Shown in pieces: positions 17,796-26,817 of a stretch of DNA of 64,000 bases. The translations under genes and the position numbers were made by a program. Under the pieces are notes generated by a model, which was given only the letters and a program-made list of their open reading frames with translations, was not told the origin of the DNA and made no database searches. Within the stretch, counting starts at the first letter, position 1. Each line of letters begins with the position of its first letter. Origin of the DNA: Clostridia bacterium (GTDB taxonomy: Bacteria; Bacillota; Clostridia; CAKSNL01; HGM11501); contig JBGVKY010000007.1 of the NCBI GenBank assembly GCA_045123995.1, positions 109 to 64,108 of the forward strand. The letters run 5' to 3'.

Positions 17796-18498
17796 ATTTT
17801 CCTCCGTTAAAATAATTTTCTATGCCCAAAACTATTGCATCTGCAAGCTTTTCCTGATATTCTTCGTTTCTTAAATTTTCATCATCCGTTGGATTTGACA
17901 AAAATCCGCATTCTACCAGACAGGCGGGAATTTGCGCTTTTTCCATTAAGTAAATGCCTTTGTCAGCTTTTTTTAATATACGGTTATTTCTTTCGTCAAG
18001 CTTTATAAGGGACCGCCTTATAGCTTCTGCCACTTCTTTTGACTCTTCTTTGTTTTTCGAATAAAAAACCTGTGCCCCGAAAACAGATGGGTCAGAAAAG
18101 AAATTTAGGTGTATGCTCAAAAACAAATCTGCATCAAGGCCGTTTAAAAGTTCTTCCCTGTTATGCATGTCGGATAGCTTTTTCTCCTTTATAGATTTTC
18201 CTTTTGAATAAATTCCTTCCTCGGTTTCTCTTGTCATAACTACATTATAACATTTTTTATTTAACTTTGCACTAATTTTTTCTGAAATTTCCAAATTTAT
18301 TTTACTTTCGCTAACCCCGGAAACTCCCGTTGTTCCCCCGTCTGGCTCTCCGTGGCCCGGGTCTATTATAACCGTCTTTTCATAAATCCCTGAAAACGTG
18401 GGCTTAAAGCCGTTTTTATAAAGGTTCTCTATTAAATATGTAACTATAAAAGACATTAAAAGAAAAATTATAATCCCTCGTTTTAAGTAAATGTTCAA
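17788..18498 (-). CDS. cwlD: N-acetylmuramoyl-L-alanine amidase CwlD-like (Amidase_3, germination-specific type)
   Basis: N-terminal TM then IIDPGHGEPDGG, SIHLNFFSDPSVFGAQVFYS and CLVECGFLSNPTDDE, matching the CwlD blocks. Start chosen at TTG 18498; the longer ORF-track start at 18564 falls inside the typA terminator hairpin, so the start is uncertain. Confidence 0.7.
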   Translation of the reverse strand: MNIYLKRGIIIFLLMSFIVTYLIENLYKNGFKPTFSGIYEKTVIIDPGHGEPDGGTTGVSGVSESKINLEISEKISAKLNKKCYNVVMTRETEEGIYSKGKSIKEKKLSDMHNREELLNGLDADLFLSIHLNFFSDPSVFGAQVFYSKNKEESKEVAEAIRRSLIKLDERNNRILKKADKGIYLMEKAQIPACLVECGFLSNPTDDENLRNEEYQEKLADAIVLGIENYFNGGKYE

Positions 18499-18543
18499 AA
18501 AACCACCCCAATATATTTTATTAAGGGCGGCTTTTCTATATGA

Positions 18544-18573
18544 AAAAAGATGTGGCTTTACCACATCTTTTTT
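18544..18573. terminator. terminator after typA (perfect hairpin)
   Basis: aaaaagatgtgg-cttta-ccacatcttttt. Confidence 0.6.
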
Positions 18574-18575
18574 AT

Positions 18576-20420
18576 TTACTTTCCCTCTGCCTGGGCACGG
18601 AGACGCATCTGGTGGTCAGCCTTTGCTCGAAGGTCTGCATTTAATATTCTTTTTCGAAGGCGAAGGCTTTTGGGAGTTACCTCTAAAAGCTCGTCTGCGG
18701 TAATAAATTCAAGACACTGCTCAAGGCTCATATCCCTGGGAGTTGTGAGCTTTAAGGCATCGTCGGAGCCTGATGCACGAGTGTTGGTGATGTGTTTTTT
18801 CTTGCACACATTTACCACCACATCTTCAAGTCGGCAGTTTTCACCAACAATCATGCCCTCGTACACCTTATCCCCGGGATTTATAAAGAGTGTTCCTCGC
18901 TCCTGAGCATTGAAAAGACCGTAGGTAACGGCTTCACCTGTTTCAAAGGCAATTAAGGAGCCTCTTGAACGCTCTGGAATATCTCCCTTATAAGGCTCGT
19001 AATCACGAAGCATGTGGTTTATTACAACGGTACCCTTGGTGGCGGTTAAGAGTTCACTTCTGTATCCTATAAGACCTCTTGAAGGAATGGTGAATTCAAG
19101 TCTTGTATATCCTCCGGTTATTGGTACCATATTGGTCATTTCTGCTTTTCTTTTGGCCGCACTCTCTATAACTGTTCCCGAATATTCGTCGGGCACGTCA
19201 ATTACCAAATCTTCAATAGGCTCTAATTTTTCTCCGCCCTCGCCCTTCTTAAATATAACCTCGGGGCGGGAAACCTGGAATTCATAGCCCTGACGACGCA
19301 TATTTTCAATGAGGACCGAAAGGTGAAGCTCCCCTCTTCCCGATACCACAAAAGAGTCCGCTAAATCCGTATCCTCTACCTTTAAGCTTATATTGCTTTC
19401 AAGTTCCTTATAGAGTCTGTCACGAAGGTGTCTGCTTGTAACAAAGTCACCCTCTTTTCCTGCAAAAGGGCTGTTATTTATGGAAAATGTCATGGACATA
19501 ACGGGCTGGTCTATCTCCACGAAAGGAAGAGGCTCGACTTTTCCCGGGTCGCACAAAGTTTCGCCGATTTCAATGTCTGCTATTCCTGAGATGCACACAA
19601 CATCACCTGCTATAGCTTCCCCTACAGCCTGTCTTTTAAGTCCCTGGTAGGTGTATAAAGCCGCAACCTTGCCCTGCTTTATTTTTCCCTCTCTTGTGGA
19701 AACCGCCAATGGAGAGCCAACTTTTACAGTTCCTCTTTCAATGGTTCCCACCGCAATTCTTCCTGTATATCCATCAAAGTCAATGTTTGAAACAAGCATC
19801 TGGAAAGGCTCGGTCTTATCCCCCTTGGGATGAGGAACATGCTTTAATATAAGGTCGAACATGGGAGACATATCGCCACCGCCTGCCTCTGCATCCATGC
19901 TTGCCCAGCCATCTCTTCCCGATGCATAAATTACAGGTGAGTCAAGCTGCTCCTCTGTTGCATCCAAATCAAGGAACAGCTCCAAAACCTCGTCAACCAC
20001 CTGATATGGTCTTGCATTAGGTCTGTCCACCTTATTAACAACAATGATAGGCACTAAATTTAAGGCAAGTGCTTTTTTAAGCACAAATCTTGTCTGGGGC
20101 ATACAGCCTTCAAAAGCGTCAACCAGCAAAAGCACACCGTCAACCATTTCAAGGGCACGCTCAACCTCGCCACCGAAATCAGCATGGCCGGGGGTGTCAA
20201 CAATGTTTATTTTTGTTCCTTTATATTCTAAAGATGTGTTCTTCGCAAGGATTGTAATTCCTCTTTCTTTCTCCAAGTCGTTGGAGTCCATAACCCTCTC
20301 TTCCACCTGCTCATTTGCACGGAAAGTTCCGCTCTGATGAAGCATGGCATCAACCAATGTAGTTTTGCCGTGGTCAACATGGGCAATTATCGCAACATTT
20401 CTTATATCTTTGGTTTCCAT
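18576..20420 (-). CDS. typA: translational GTPase TypA/BipA
   Basis: AIIAHVDHGKTTLVD, DTPGHADF and NKVDR G-motifs. 614 aa with EF-G-like domain order. Confidence 0.9.
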   Translation of the reverse strand: METKDIRNVAIIAHVDHGKTTLVDAMLHQSGTFRANEQVEERVMDSNDLEKERGITILAKNTSLEYKGTKINIVDTPGHADFGGEVERALEMVDGVLLLVDAFEGCMPQTRFVLKKALALNLVPIIVVNKVDRPNARPYQVVDEVLELFLDLDATEEQLDSPVIYASGRDGWASMDAEAGGGDMSPMFDLILKHVPHPKGDKTEPFQMLVSNIDFDGYTGRIAVGTIERGTVKVGSPLAVSTREGKIKQGKVAALYTYQGLKRQAVGEAIAGDVVCISGIADIEIGETLCDPGKVEPLPFVEIDQPVMSMTFSINNSPFAGKEGDFVTSRHLRDRLYKELESNISLKVEDTDLADSFVVSGRGELHLSVLIENMRRQGYEFQVSRPEVIFKKGEGGEKLEPIEDLVIDVPDEYSGTVIESAAKRKAEMTNMVPITGGYTRLEFTIPSRGLIGYRSELLTATKGTVVINHMLRDYEPYKGDIPERSRGSLIAFETGEAVTYGLFNAQERGTLFINPGDKVYEGMIVGENCRLEDVVVNVCKKKHITNTRASGSDDALKLTTPRDMSLEQCLEFITADELLEVTPKSLRLRKRILNADLRAKADHQMRLRAQAEGK

Positions 20421-20564
20421 TAAATTCTTCCTTTCGGAGTTAGTCTTTCTTTTTACAACCTTTTTATTTTACTAAAAAATTCCCCGTTTGTCAAGAAAGG
20501 CTTGTTTGTTTCTAATAGAATAACACTTCTCGCTTCTTTTATTTTAATTTTTTCAAAAAAACTA

Positions 20565-20593
20565 TTGACAATTTGACCTTCTTTGACTATAAT
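20565..20593 (+). promoter_or_regulatory. sigma-A promoter of the ctsR operon (TTGACA-17-TATAAT)
   Basis: -35 TTGACA at 20565-20570, 17-nt spacer, -10 TATAAT at 20588-20593. Confidence 0.6.
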
Positions 20594-20627
20594 GTACTTA
20601 GAAAAGTCAAAAATAGTCAAAGTCAAA
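20572..20627 (+). promoter_or_regulatory. tandem CtsR operators (heptad direct repeats) overlapping the promoter
   Basis: 20572-20588 tttgaccttctttgact is the reverse complement of AGTCAAAGAAGGTCAAA. 20605-20627 AGTCAAAAATAGTCAAAGTCAAA. Both fit A/GGTCAAA-NAN-A/GGTCAAA. Confidence 0.65.
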
Positions 20628-20638
20628 GGAGAATTGTT

Positions 20639-21085
20639 ATGCATTTAAGTAACAGTATTGAAGAATTTTTAAATGAACTTCTTTCTTCCATGGACGGAAG
20701 CGTTGAAATAAAGAGAAATGAGCTGGCAGAACGTCTTGGTTGCGTTCCCTCCCAGATTAACTATGTTATACAGACCCGTTTTACTAAAGAACGCGGTTTT
20801 TCTGTGGAAAGCAGGCGCGGAGGCGGTGGCTTTATCAGGATTACAAAGGTCAAGGTCAAAGGCGACGAATATATCATGCATATAATAAACAGCATAGGTC
20901 CCTCACTTGACTATCCTACAAGTCATGCTTTAGTATCAAATCTCTTAGGGTATAATAAAATAACAGATAGAGAAGCAAAAATAATGCTTGCCGCCCTTTC
21001 CGATTCATCACTTCCCTTCCCCATTTCTGTAAAAAATCAGGTAAGAAGCTCAATTATGAAAAATATACTTATAAATCTTATATAA
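20639..21085 (+). CDS. ctsR: class III stress-gene repressor CtsR
   Basis: HTH region (ERLGCVPSQINYVIQTRF) and glycine-rich loop RRGGGGFIRI. AAGGAGAA RBS before ATG 20639. First gene of ctsR-mcsA-mcsB-clpC. Confidence 0.85.
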   Translation: MHLSNSIEEFLNELLSSMDGSVEIKRNELAERLGCVPSQINYVIQTRFTKERGFSVESRRGGGGFIRITKVKVKGDEYIMHIINSIGPSLDYPTSHALVSNLLGYNKITDREAKIMLAALSDSSLPFPISVKNQVRSSIMKNILINLI

Positions 21086-21108
21086 TTCGACACAATCAAA
21101 AGAAAGGA

Positions 21109-21585
21109 ATGATTATAATGTTATGTGAAAGATGTAATAAAAATCCTGCCACCATGCACTATACCCAGGTTATAAACGGTCAGGTTTCTGAATATCACCT
21201 TTGCGAAAAATGTGCCAGGGAGGAAAAAATGACATCGGATTTTTCCGATTTTGATATATTCAACATGTTTTCTCCCAAAAAGGTAAAAAGTGAAAGTTCG
21301 CTTATTTGCCCCAACTGCAAAACCACTTTATCCGAATTCAGGAAACACGGAATTGCAGGATGTGCCACCTGCTATGATGTTTTCTCTTCCGTTATAGAGC
21401 CTATACTCCTCCAGACTCAGGGAACAAAAACTCACTTAAAGCCGAAGGCTGAAAAGAAAGAAGAGACAAAGAAAGAAAAAATCACCCGTCTCGAAAATGC
21501 TTTGAAGGAAGCAGTTAAAAAGGAAGAATATGAAAAGGCTGCTTCTTTGCGAGACGAAATAAAATTACTTAAGGAGGAAGAATAA
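21109..21585 (+). CDS. mcsA: McsA (activator of protein arginine kinase McsB; zinc-finger plus UVR domain)
   Basis: CERCNK...CEKC and CPNCK...CATC zinc fingers. C-terminal UVR motif EEYEKAASLRDEIKLLKE. Confidence 0.75.
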   Translation: MIIMLCERCNKNPATMHYTQVINGQVSEYHLCEKCAREEKMTSDFSDFDIFNMFSPKKVKSESSLICPNCKTTLSEFRKHGIAGCATCYDVFSSVIEPILLQTQGTKTHLKPKAEKKEETKKEKITRLENALKEAVKKEEYEKAASLRDEIKLLKEEE

Positions 21586-22598
21586 TGAGCTGGTATAAAG
21601 AGAAAGGTCCTGAAAGCGAAATAGTTTTGAGCACAAGAGTCCGTTTTGCCAGAAATCTGCCAGGTTATAAATTCCCCTCAAAAATGACGGAAGAAGAAAG
21701 AAGCAAGCTTATAGGTGAAGTTTCTGATGCGTTTTTTGGTTCCAACAGTACATTTTCGGATAACTTCCGCCTTTTAAAAACCAAAGAAGAAACAAAGGAC
21801 AGGCTTCTTAGCTTATATGAAAAGCATTTAATAAGCCGTGAGCTTATAAGAAATCCCCTGCCCTCGGCAGTCATAATGGGAAATGACGAAAAATTCTCTT
21901 TAATGCTTTTAGAAGAAGACCATGTAAGACTTCAGGTTATACTTCCCGGAAATCAGATGAAAGAGGCACTTAAAATGGCTAAGGACTACGAAAAGCTCCT
22001 TGACGGAAGGCTTTCTTTCTCCAGAAACGAATCTTTGGGATATTTAACAGCCTGCCCCACCAATCTCGGTACGGGATTAAGGATTTCTGTTATGCTCCAT
22101 CTTCCCGCTCTTACGGTTACTAAAAAAATCGGCAGAATATTAAACTCTGTCGGTAAATTGGGCCTTACGATAAGGGGAATGCACGGAGAGGGCACCGAAG
22201 CCAAAGGCTCGTTCTATCAGCTTTCCAACCAGGTGACGTTGGGAATGAATGAGGAAGACATCTTGAAAAAGGTCGATTCTGTTTTAGTAAGAATTATTGA
22301 AATAGAGAAAAACCTAAGAGAAGAATTGCTTAAAAATGCTGAATCTGAAATAAAAAACAAGTGCATGAGAGCCTACGGAATACTTAAAAATTCCTACGCC
22401 TTAACCAGCGAAGAAGCCATAACCTTCCTTTCTGATGTAAGACTGGGAAAAGCTCTCGGCTTTTTGGAGGCAGACTATACCTCCCTTAATACCTTTATGG
22501 TTTTAAGCTCTCCTTACTATCTGTCGTCTGAAGAGAATTTAAAAGATCCCAATCTCCGCGATATAAGAAGAGCTTCTTTAGCGAAAGAAATTTTATAG
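21585..22598 (+). CDS. mcsB: protein arginine kinase McsB
   Basis: ATP:guanido phosphotransferase signature CPTNLGTGLR. ATGA overlap with mcsA. Confidence 0.9.
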   Translation: MSWYKEKGPESEIVLSTRVRFARNLPGYKFPSKMTEEERSKLIGEVSDAFFGSNSTFSDNFRLLKTKEETKDRLLSLYEKHLISRELIRNPLPSAVIMGNDEKFSLMLLEEDHVRLQVILPGNQMKEALKMAKDYEKLLDGRLSFSRNESLGYLTACPTNLGTGLRISVMLHLPALTVTKKIGRILNSVGKLGLTIRGMHGEGTEAKGSFYQLSNQVTLGMNEEDILKKVDSVLVRIIEIEKNLREELLKNAESEIKNKCMRAYGILKNSYALTSEEAITFLSDVRLGKALGFLEADYTSLNTFMVLSSPYYLSSEENLKDPNLRDIRRASLAKEIL

Positions 22599-22613
22599 AA
22601 AAGAGTGATTTAA

Positions 22614-25052
22614 ATGCCGTCCTTTGAAGACAGATTTACAGAAAAATCAAAACACGTATTATCCGCCGCCCAATCCTTTGCGGAAAAAATGGGAACAGGC
22701 TATGTAGGAAGCGAACATGTGCTTTTAGGTCTTTTAGACGAAGAAACAGGCACCGCCTTTCGCTATCTTTCAGAAAAAGGTGTGACACTTTCAAAAGTAA
22801 TTGATAAAATCAATGAATTTTTGGAGGTTCCCAACGAGCCTAAAAGTATTACGGAATATACCCCCAGAACCAAGCGTATTTTAGAGATAAGCTTTATGGA
22901 GGCAGGAAATTTAGGTTCGAGCTTTATTGATACAGAACACATACTTCTGGCGCTTTTCAGGGAGGGACAAAATGTAGCCTTGAGAATTTTATCCTCCTTA
23001 GGCCTTCCCAGAAACGCCTATAACGACATATTGAACTTCCTTTTGGGTGCATCCGGAGAAAGCCATCATGACACATCAAATCCCCAGGGGAAGCCGGGCA
23101 AAAAGAGTAACACTCCCACATTAAATCAGTTTGGCAGAGACCTTACCCAAGGTGCCAAAGAGGGTAAGTTTGACCCTGTAATAGGCAGAAGCGAAGAAAT
23201 AGAAAGAGTAATTCAGATTTTATCAAGACGAAGCAAAAACAATCCCTGTCTGATAGGTGAGCCCGGTGTCGGTAAAACGGCTATTGCCGAGGGTCTTGCC
23301 CAGATGATTGTAAAAGGAGAAGTTCCTGAAAACTTAAAGGGCAAGCGCCTTTTCACTTTGGATTTATCCTCCATGCTGGCAGGTGCAAAATATCGAGGCG
23401 AATTTGAAGAAAGATTAAAAACAGCAGTTGATGAAATTATAAAGAGCAAAAACGTCATTTTATTTATTGACGAAATTCACACCATCATAGGTGCCGGTGC
23501 TGCCGAGGGAGCCATTGATGCTTCCAATATATTAAAGCCCTCACTTGCCCGTGGAGAGCTTCAGTTAATAGGTGCCACCACCATAAACGAATACAGAAAA
23601 TATATAGAAAAGGACTCTGCCTTGGAAAGACGATTTCAGCCTGTCACCGTTGGCGAGCCCACGGTGGACGAGACCATTTTAATCTTAAAAGGCTTAAAGG
23701 ATAAGTACGAGGCTCACCACAATACAAAAATCACAGACTCAGCTATAGATGCGGCTGCAAAGCTTTCCGCAAGATATATCTCCGACAGATTTTTGCCCGA
23801 TAAAGCTATTGACTTAATTGATGAGGCCTGCTCCAGAGCACGAATGGTCAGCCTTACCCCACCTCCTGAATTAAAGGAACTTGAAGATAAATTAAATGAA
23901 GTTAAAAAGGAAAAGGAATCATCAATAGCTTCTCAGGAGTTTGAAAAAGCCGCAGCATTGCGTGATAAGGAAAAGGAAATTTCAGACAATCTTAAAATAA
24001 AGAAAGACGATTGGTCTAAAAAAACTTTCGAAAGTCACACTGAAATCACAGAGGATAATATTGCACAGGTTCTTTCTGCCTGGACTCATATTCCCGTAAG
24101 CAAGTTAGGTGAAGACGATGCAAAAAGACTTTTAGATCTTGAGAATGTTCTCCACCAGAGGGTTGTGGGGCAGAGCGATGCAGTAAGTGCAGTTGCCAGA
24201 GCTATACGCCGAGGAAGAATGGGACTTAAAGATCCCAAAAGACCCATTGGTTCCTTTATATTCTTAGGCCCCACGGGTGTGGGAAAAACCGAGCTTTCAA
24301 AGGCTCTGGCAGAGGCTATGTTTGCAGATGAGGATGCTCTCATACGAGTTGATATGTCTGAATATATGGAAAAGCACTCTGTATCCAAGCTTGTAGGCTC
24401 ACCTCCGGGATATGTGGGATTTGACGAAGGCGGTCAGCTTACGGAAAAGGTAAGAAGAAAACCTTATTCCGTTATACTGTTTGACGAAATTGAAAAGGCA
24501 CATCCCGACGTTTTCAATATCATGCTCCAGATTTTAGACGACGGTATTTTAACGGATTCACAGGGTAAAAAAGTGGATTTCAAAAACACCGTAATCATTA
24601 TGACCTCCAACATCGGGGCAAGGAAAATTACCGATACTGCAAAATCCATCGGCTTTTCTGATACCTCCAAGGCAGCGGATCATGAAAAGATAAAGGAAAA
24701 TGTACTTTCAGAACTGAAAAAAGAATTCCGTCCCGAATTTTTAAACAGAATTGATGAAATTATAGTGTTCCATAAGCTTTCAGAAGAAGAAATAAAGAAA
24801 ATCGCAAAGCTTTTATTAAAGAGTGTTGAACAAAGAATGGAAGCCATGGAAATAAAAATTTCCTTTGATGACTCTCTCCTTTCCATGATTGCAAAAGAGG
24901 GCTTTGATGAAACCTATGGTGCAAGACCTTTAAAACGCGCAATACAGAGCAAGATTGAAGATTTTCTGGCAGAAAAAATGCTTTCTGGCGAAATCAAAAA
25001 AGGCGATGAGAAAAACCTTTCCTTTGACGGAGAAAAGGTTATAGTTAAATAA
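22614..25052 (+). CDS. clpC: ATP-dependent Clp protease ATP-binding subunit ClpC
   Basis: Two Clp-N repeats, AAA-1 GEPGVGKT, middle UVR motif (QEFEKAAALRDKE), AAA-2 GPTGVGKTE, sensor GARPLKR. Confidence 0.9.
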   Translation: MPSFEDRFTEKSKHVLSAAQSFAEKMGTGYVGSEHVLLGLLDEETGTAFRYLSEKGVTLSKVIDKINEFLEVPNEPKSITEYTPRTKRILEISFMEAGNLGSSFIDTEHILLALFREGQNVALRILSSLGLPRNAYNDILNFLLGASGESHHDTSNPQGKPGKKSNTPTLNQFGRDLTQGAKEGKFDPVIGRSEEIERVIQILSRRSKNNPCLIGEPGVGKTAIAEGLAQMIVKGEVPENLKGKRLFTLDLSSMLAGAKYRGEFEERLKTAVDEIIKSKNVILFIDEIHTIIGAGAAEGAIDASNILKPSLARGELQLIGATTINEYRKYIEKDSALERRFQPVTVGEPTVDETILILKGLKDKYEAHHNTKITDSAIDAAAKLSARYISDRFLPDKAIDLIDEACSRARMVSLTPPPELKELEDKLNEVKKEKESSIASQEFEKAAALRDKEKEISDNLKIKKDDWSKKTFESHTEITEDNIAQVLSAWTHIPVSKLGEDDAKRLLDLENVLHQRVVGQSDAVSAVARAIRRGRMGLKDPKRPIGSFIFLGPTGVGKTELSKALAEAMFADEDALIRVDMSEYMEKHSVSKLVGSPPGYVGFDEGGQLTEKVRRKPYSVILFDEIEKAHPDVFNIMLQILDDGILTDSQGKKVDFKNTVIIMTSNIGARKITDTAKSIGFSDTSKAADHEKIKENVLSELKKEFRPEFLNRIDEIIVFHKLSEEEIKKIAKLLLKSVEQRMEAMEIKISFDDSLLSMIAKEGFDETYGARPLKRAIQSKIEDFLAEKMLSGEIKKGDEKNLSFDGEKVIVK

Positions 25053-25080
25053 AAAAACAGCCCCAAGGGCTGTTTTTTTA
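25052..25080. terminator. bidirectional terminator between clpC and fba
   Basis: aaaaaaacagcccc-aa-gggctgttttttt. Confidence 0.6.
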
Positions 25081-26109
25081 TTATCTGAATAAGGTTTTTC
25101 CTGCGGACTCCAAGTCGTTACAAGCTTCAACCACGCGCTTTGCCATTCCTTCTTCGCCTTTCTTTAAGTAAGCACGGGGGTCGTACATCTTTTTATTTCC
25201 CACTTCTCCGTCGATTTTAAGCATTCCGTCATAGTTTTTGAACATATGGTCAACAACGGGAGTAGAGAAAGCGTACTGAGTATCGGTATCTATATTCATC
25301 TTTATTACGCCATAGCCTAAAGTTTCCTTGATTTCTTCCTTGGAAGAACCTGAACCGCCATGGAATACAAGGTAGAATCCCTTATCATTTCCGTATTTAG
25401 CCTTTAAGGCATCCTGTCCGTTTTTGAGAATTGAGGGATTTAACTTTACGTTGCCCGGCTTATATACGCCGTGAACGTTACCGAAGGTTGCGGCAACAGT
25501 ATATGTACCGTCTATATCCTTTAAGGCATCGTAAACCTTTAACATATCTTCGGGAGTTGTATATAACTTATCATTTGCTACGCCTTCGTTGTTCTGACCG
25601 TCTTCCTCTCCGCCTACAACGCCGGTTTCAACTTCTAAAACAATCTGGCTTTTTGCGCAACGTGCGAAAAGCTCTTTTGCGATTTTTATGTTTTCATCAA
25701 GGGTAATATCGCTTCCGTCAAACATATGACTGTTGAAAAGATTTGGTCTTCCCTCGGCACGTCTCTTTTCTGTTTCAGCTATAAGAGGAAGCATAAAGCC
25801 TTCAAGCTTTCCCTTTGTGCAGTGGTCTGTATGCAGAGCAACATATACGTTATATTTTTCTGCCATGAGTCTAACATGGTCTGCCAGGCTTATAGCACCC
25901 AAAACCTTGTCATTGAGATTAAGTCCTGACGCGAATTCAGCTCCGCCGACAGAAACCTGAATGATACCGTCGGACTTGGCATCTGCCAGACCTTTTAATA
26001 CTGCATTTGCAGTTTCCATGGAAGAAATGTTTACAGCGGGATATGCATAATGATTGTCATAAGCCGCTTTCATCATATTTAAGTACTGTTCATAATTTAC
26101 TACGGGCAT
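25081..26109 (-). CDS. fba: fructose-1,6-bisphosphate aldolase, class II
   Basis: Strong block identity to class IIA FBA (HTDHC, SSHMFDGS, ASFGNVHGVYKPGNV, FVFHGGSGS, KMNIDTDTQ). Start at ATG 26109 after GGAGG; the longer TTG start lies inside the RBS. Confidence 0.9.
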   Translation of the reverse strand: MPVVNYEQYLNMMKAAYDNHYAYPAVNISSMETANAVLKGLADAKSDGIIQVSVGGAEFASGLNLNDKVLGAISLADHVRLMAEKYNVYVALHTDHCTKGKLEGFMLPLIAETEKRRAEGRPNLFNSHMFDGSDITLDENIKIAKELFARCAKSQIVLEVETGVVGGEEDGQNNEGVANDKLYTTPEDMLKVYDALKDIDGTYTVAATFGNVHGVYKPGNVKLNPSILKNGQDALKAKYGNDKGFYLVFHGGSGSSKEEIKETLGYGVIKMNIDTDTQYAFSTPVVDHMFKNYDGMLKIDGEVGNKKMYDPRAYLKKGEEGMAKRVVEACNDLESAGKTLFR

Positions 26110-26309
26110 TATCAAAACCTCCAACTTATATTTTTTTTATTCTACCATAAATCCCAAGGTATGTCAATTATTTAACTAATGAAAAAGTCCACTAATTTAG
26201 AAAATTCAACACTTTATCCAATATTCTTCCCTATATAACTTTTTTTCTTGTCATAAAACAATGACTTTATGTGTAGACTATAACTATCTTAATAAAAAGG
26301 ACTGATTTT

Positions 26310-26783
26310 ATGTGGAAAAAATATAAGCCTTATGTAATTTCTTCGGCTATAGCTCTTTTAGTCGGAGGGCTTTCTGCTCTTTTTACCAAAGACAACATGG
26401 ATATTTATAAGGATATTGTCGCTCCTCCTTTAGCTCCGCCCTCATTTCTATTTCCCATTGTATGGTCAATTTTATATATTTTAATGGGAATTTCATCCGC
26501 CCTGGTCTATAAAAACAGAAAGCTGAATCCCCATAAAGCAAAAAATGCCCTGACCTATTATGCCGTATCTTTATTCTTTAACTTTTTCTGGAGCATTTTA
26601 TTTTTCAATTTCCGCACGTTTTTGGCCTCTTTCATCTGGCTTTTTATACTCTGGATTTTAATACTCATCTGCATTATAAAATTTTATCATTTTTCAAAAA
26701 CAGCTTCATATCTCTTAATTCCCTATTTTTTGTGGGTTTTGTTTGCTCTTTATCTGAATCTGGCTATTTATGTGTTAAATTAA
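26310..26783 (+). CDS. tspO: TspO/MBR family tryptophan-rich sensory protein
   Basis: 157 aa, five TM segments, Trp-rich (PSFLFPIVWSILYILMG, FFNFFWSILFFNF). Confidence 0.65.
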   Translation: MWKKYKPYVISSAIALLVGGLSALFTKDNMDIYKDIVAPPLAPPSFLFPIVWSILYILMGISSALVYKNRKLNPHKAKNALTYYAVSLFFNFFWSILFFNFRTFLASFIWLFILWILILICIIKFYHFSKTASYLLIPYFLWVLFALYLNLAIYVLN

Positions 26784-26815
26784 AAAGAAGGTGCATACCA
26801 TGCACCTTCTTTTTA
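26782..26815. terminator. bidirectional terminator between tspO and the prophage-like cassette
   Basis: agaaggtgca-tacca-tgcaccttct with flanking A and T runs. Confidence 0.6.
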
Positions 26816-26817
26816 AT

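Noticed and set aside
18499-18564. Longer N-terminal extension of the cwlD-like ORF (GTG at 18564)
   Set aside because: The extension begins inside the perfect typA terminator hairpin (18544-18573). A downstream TTG/ATG start gives a CwlD-like N-terminal TM segment.
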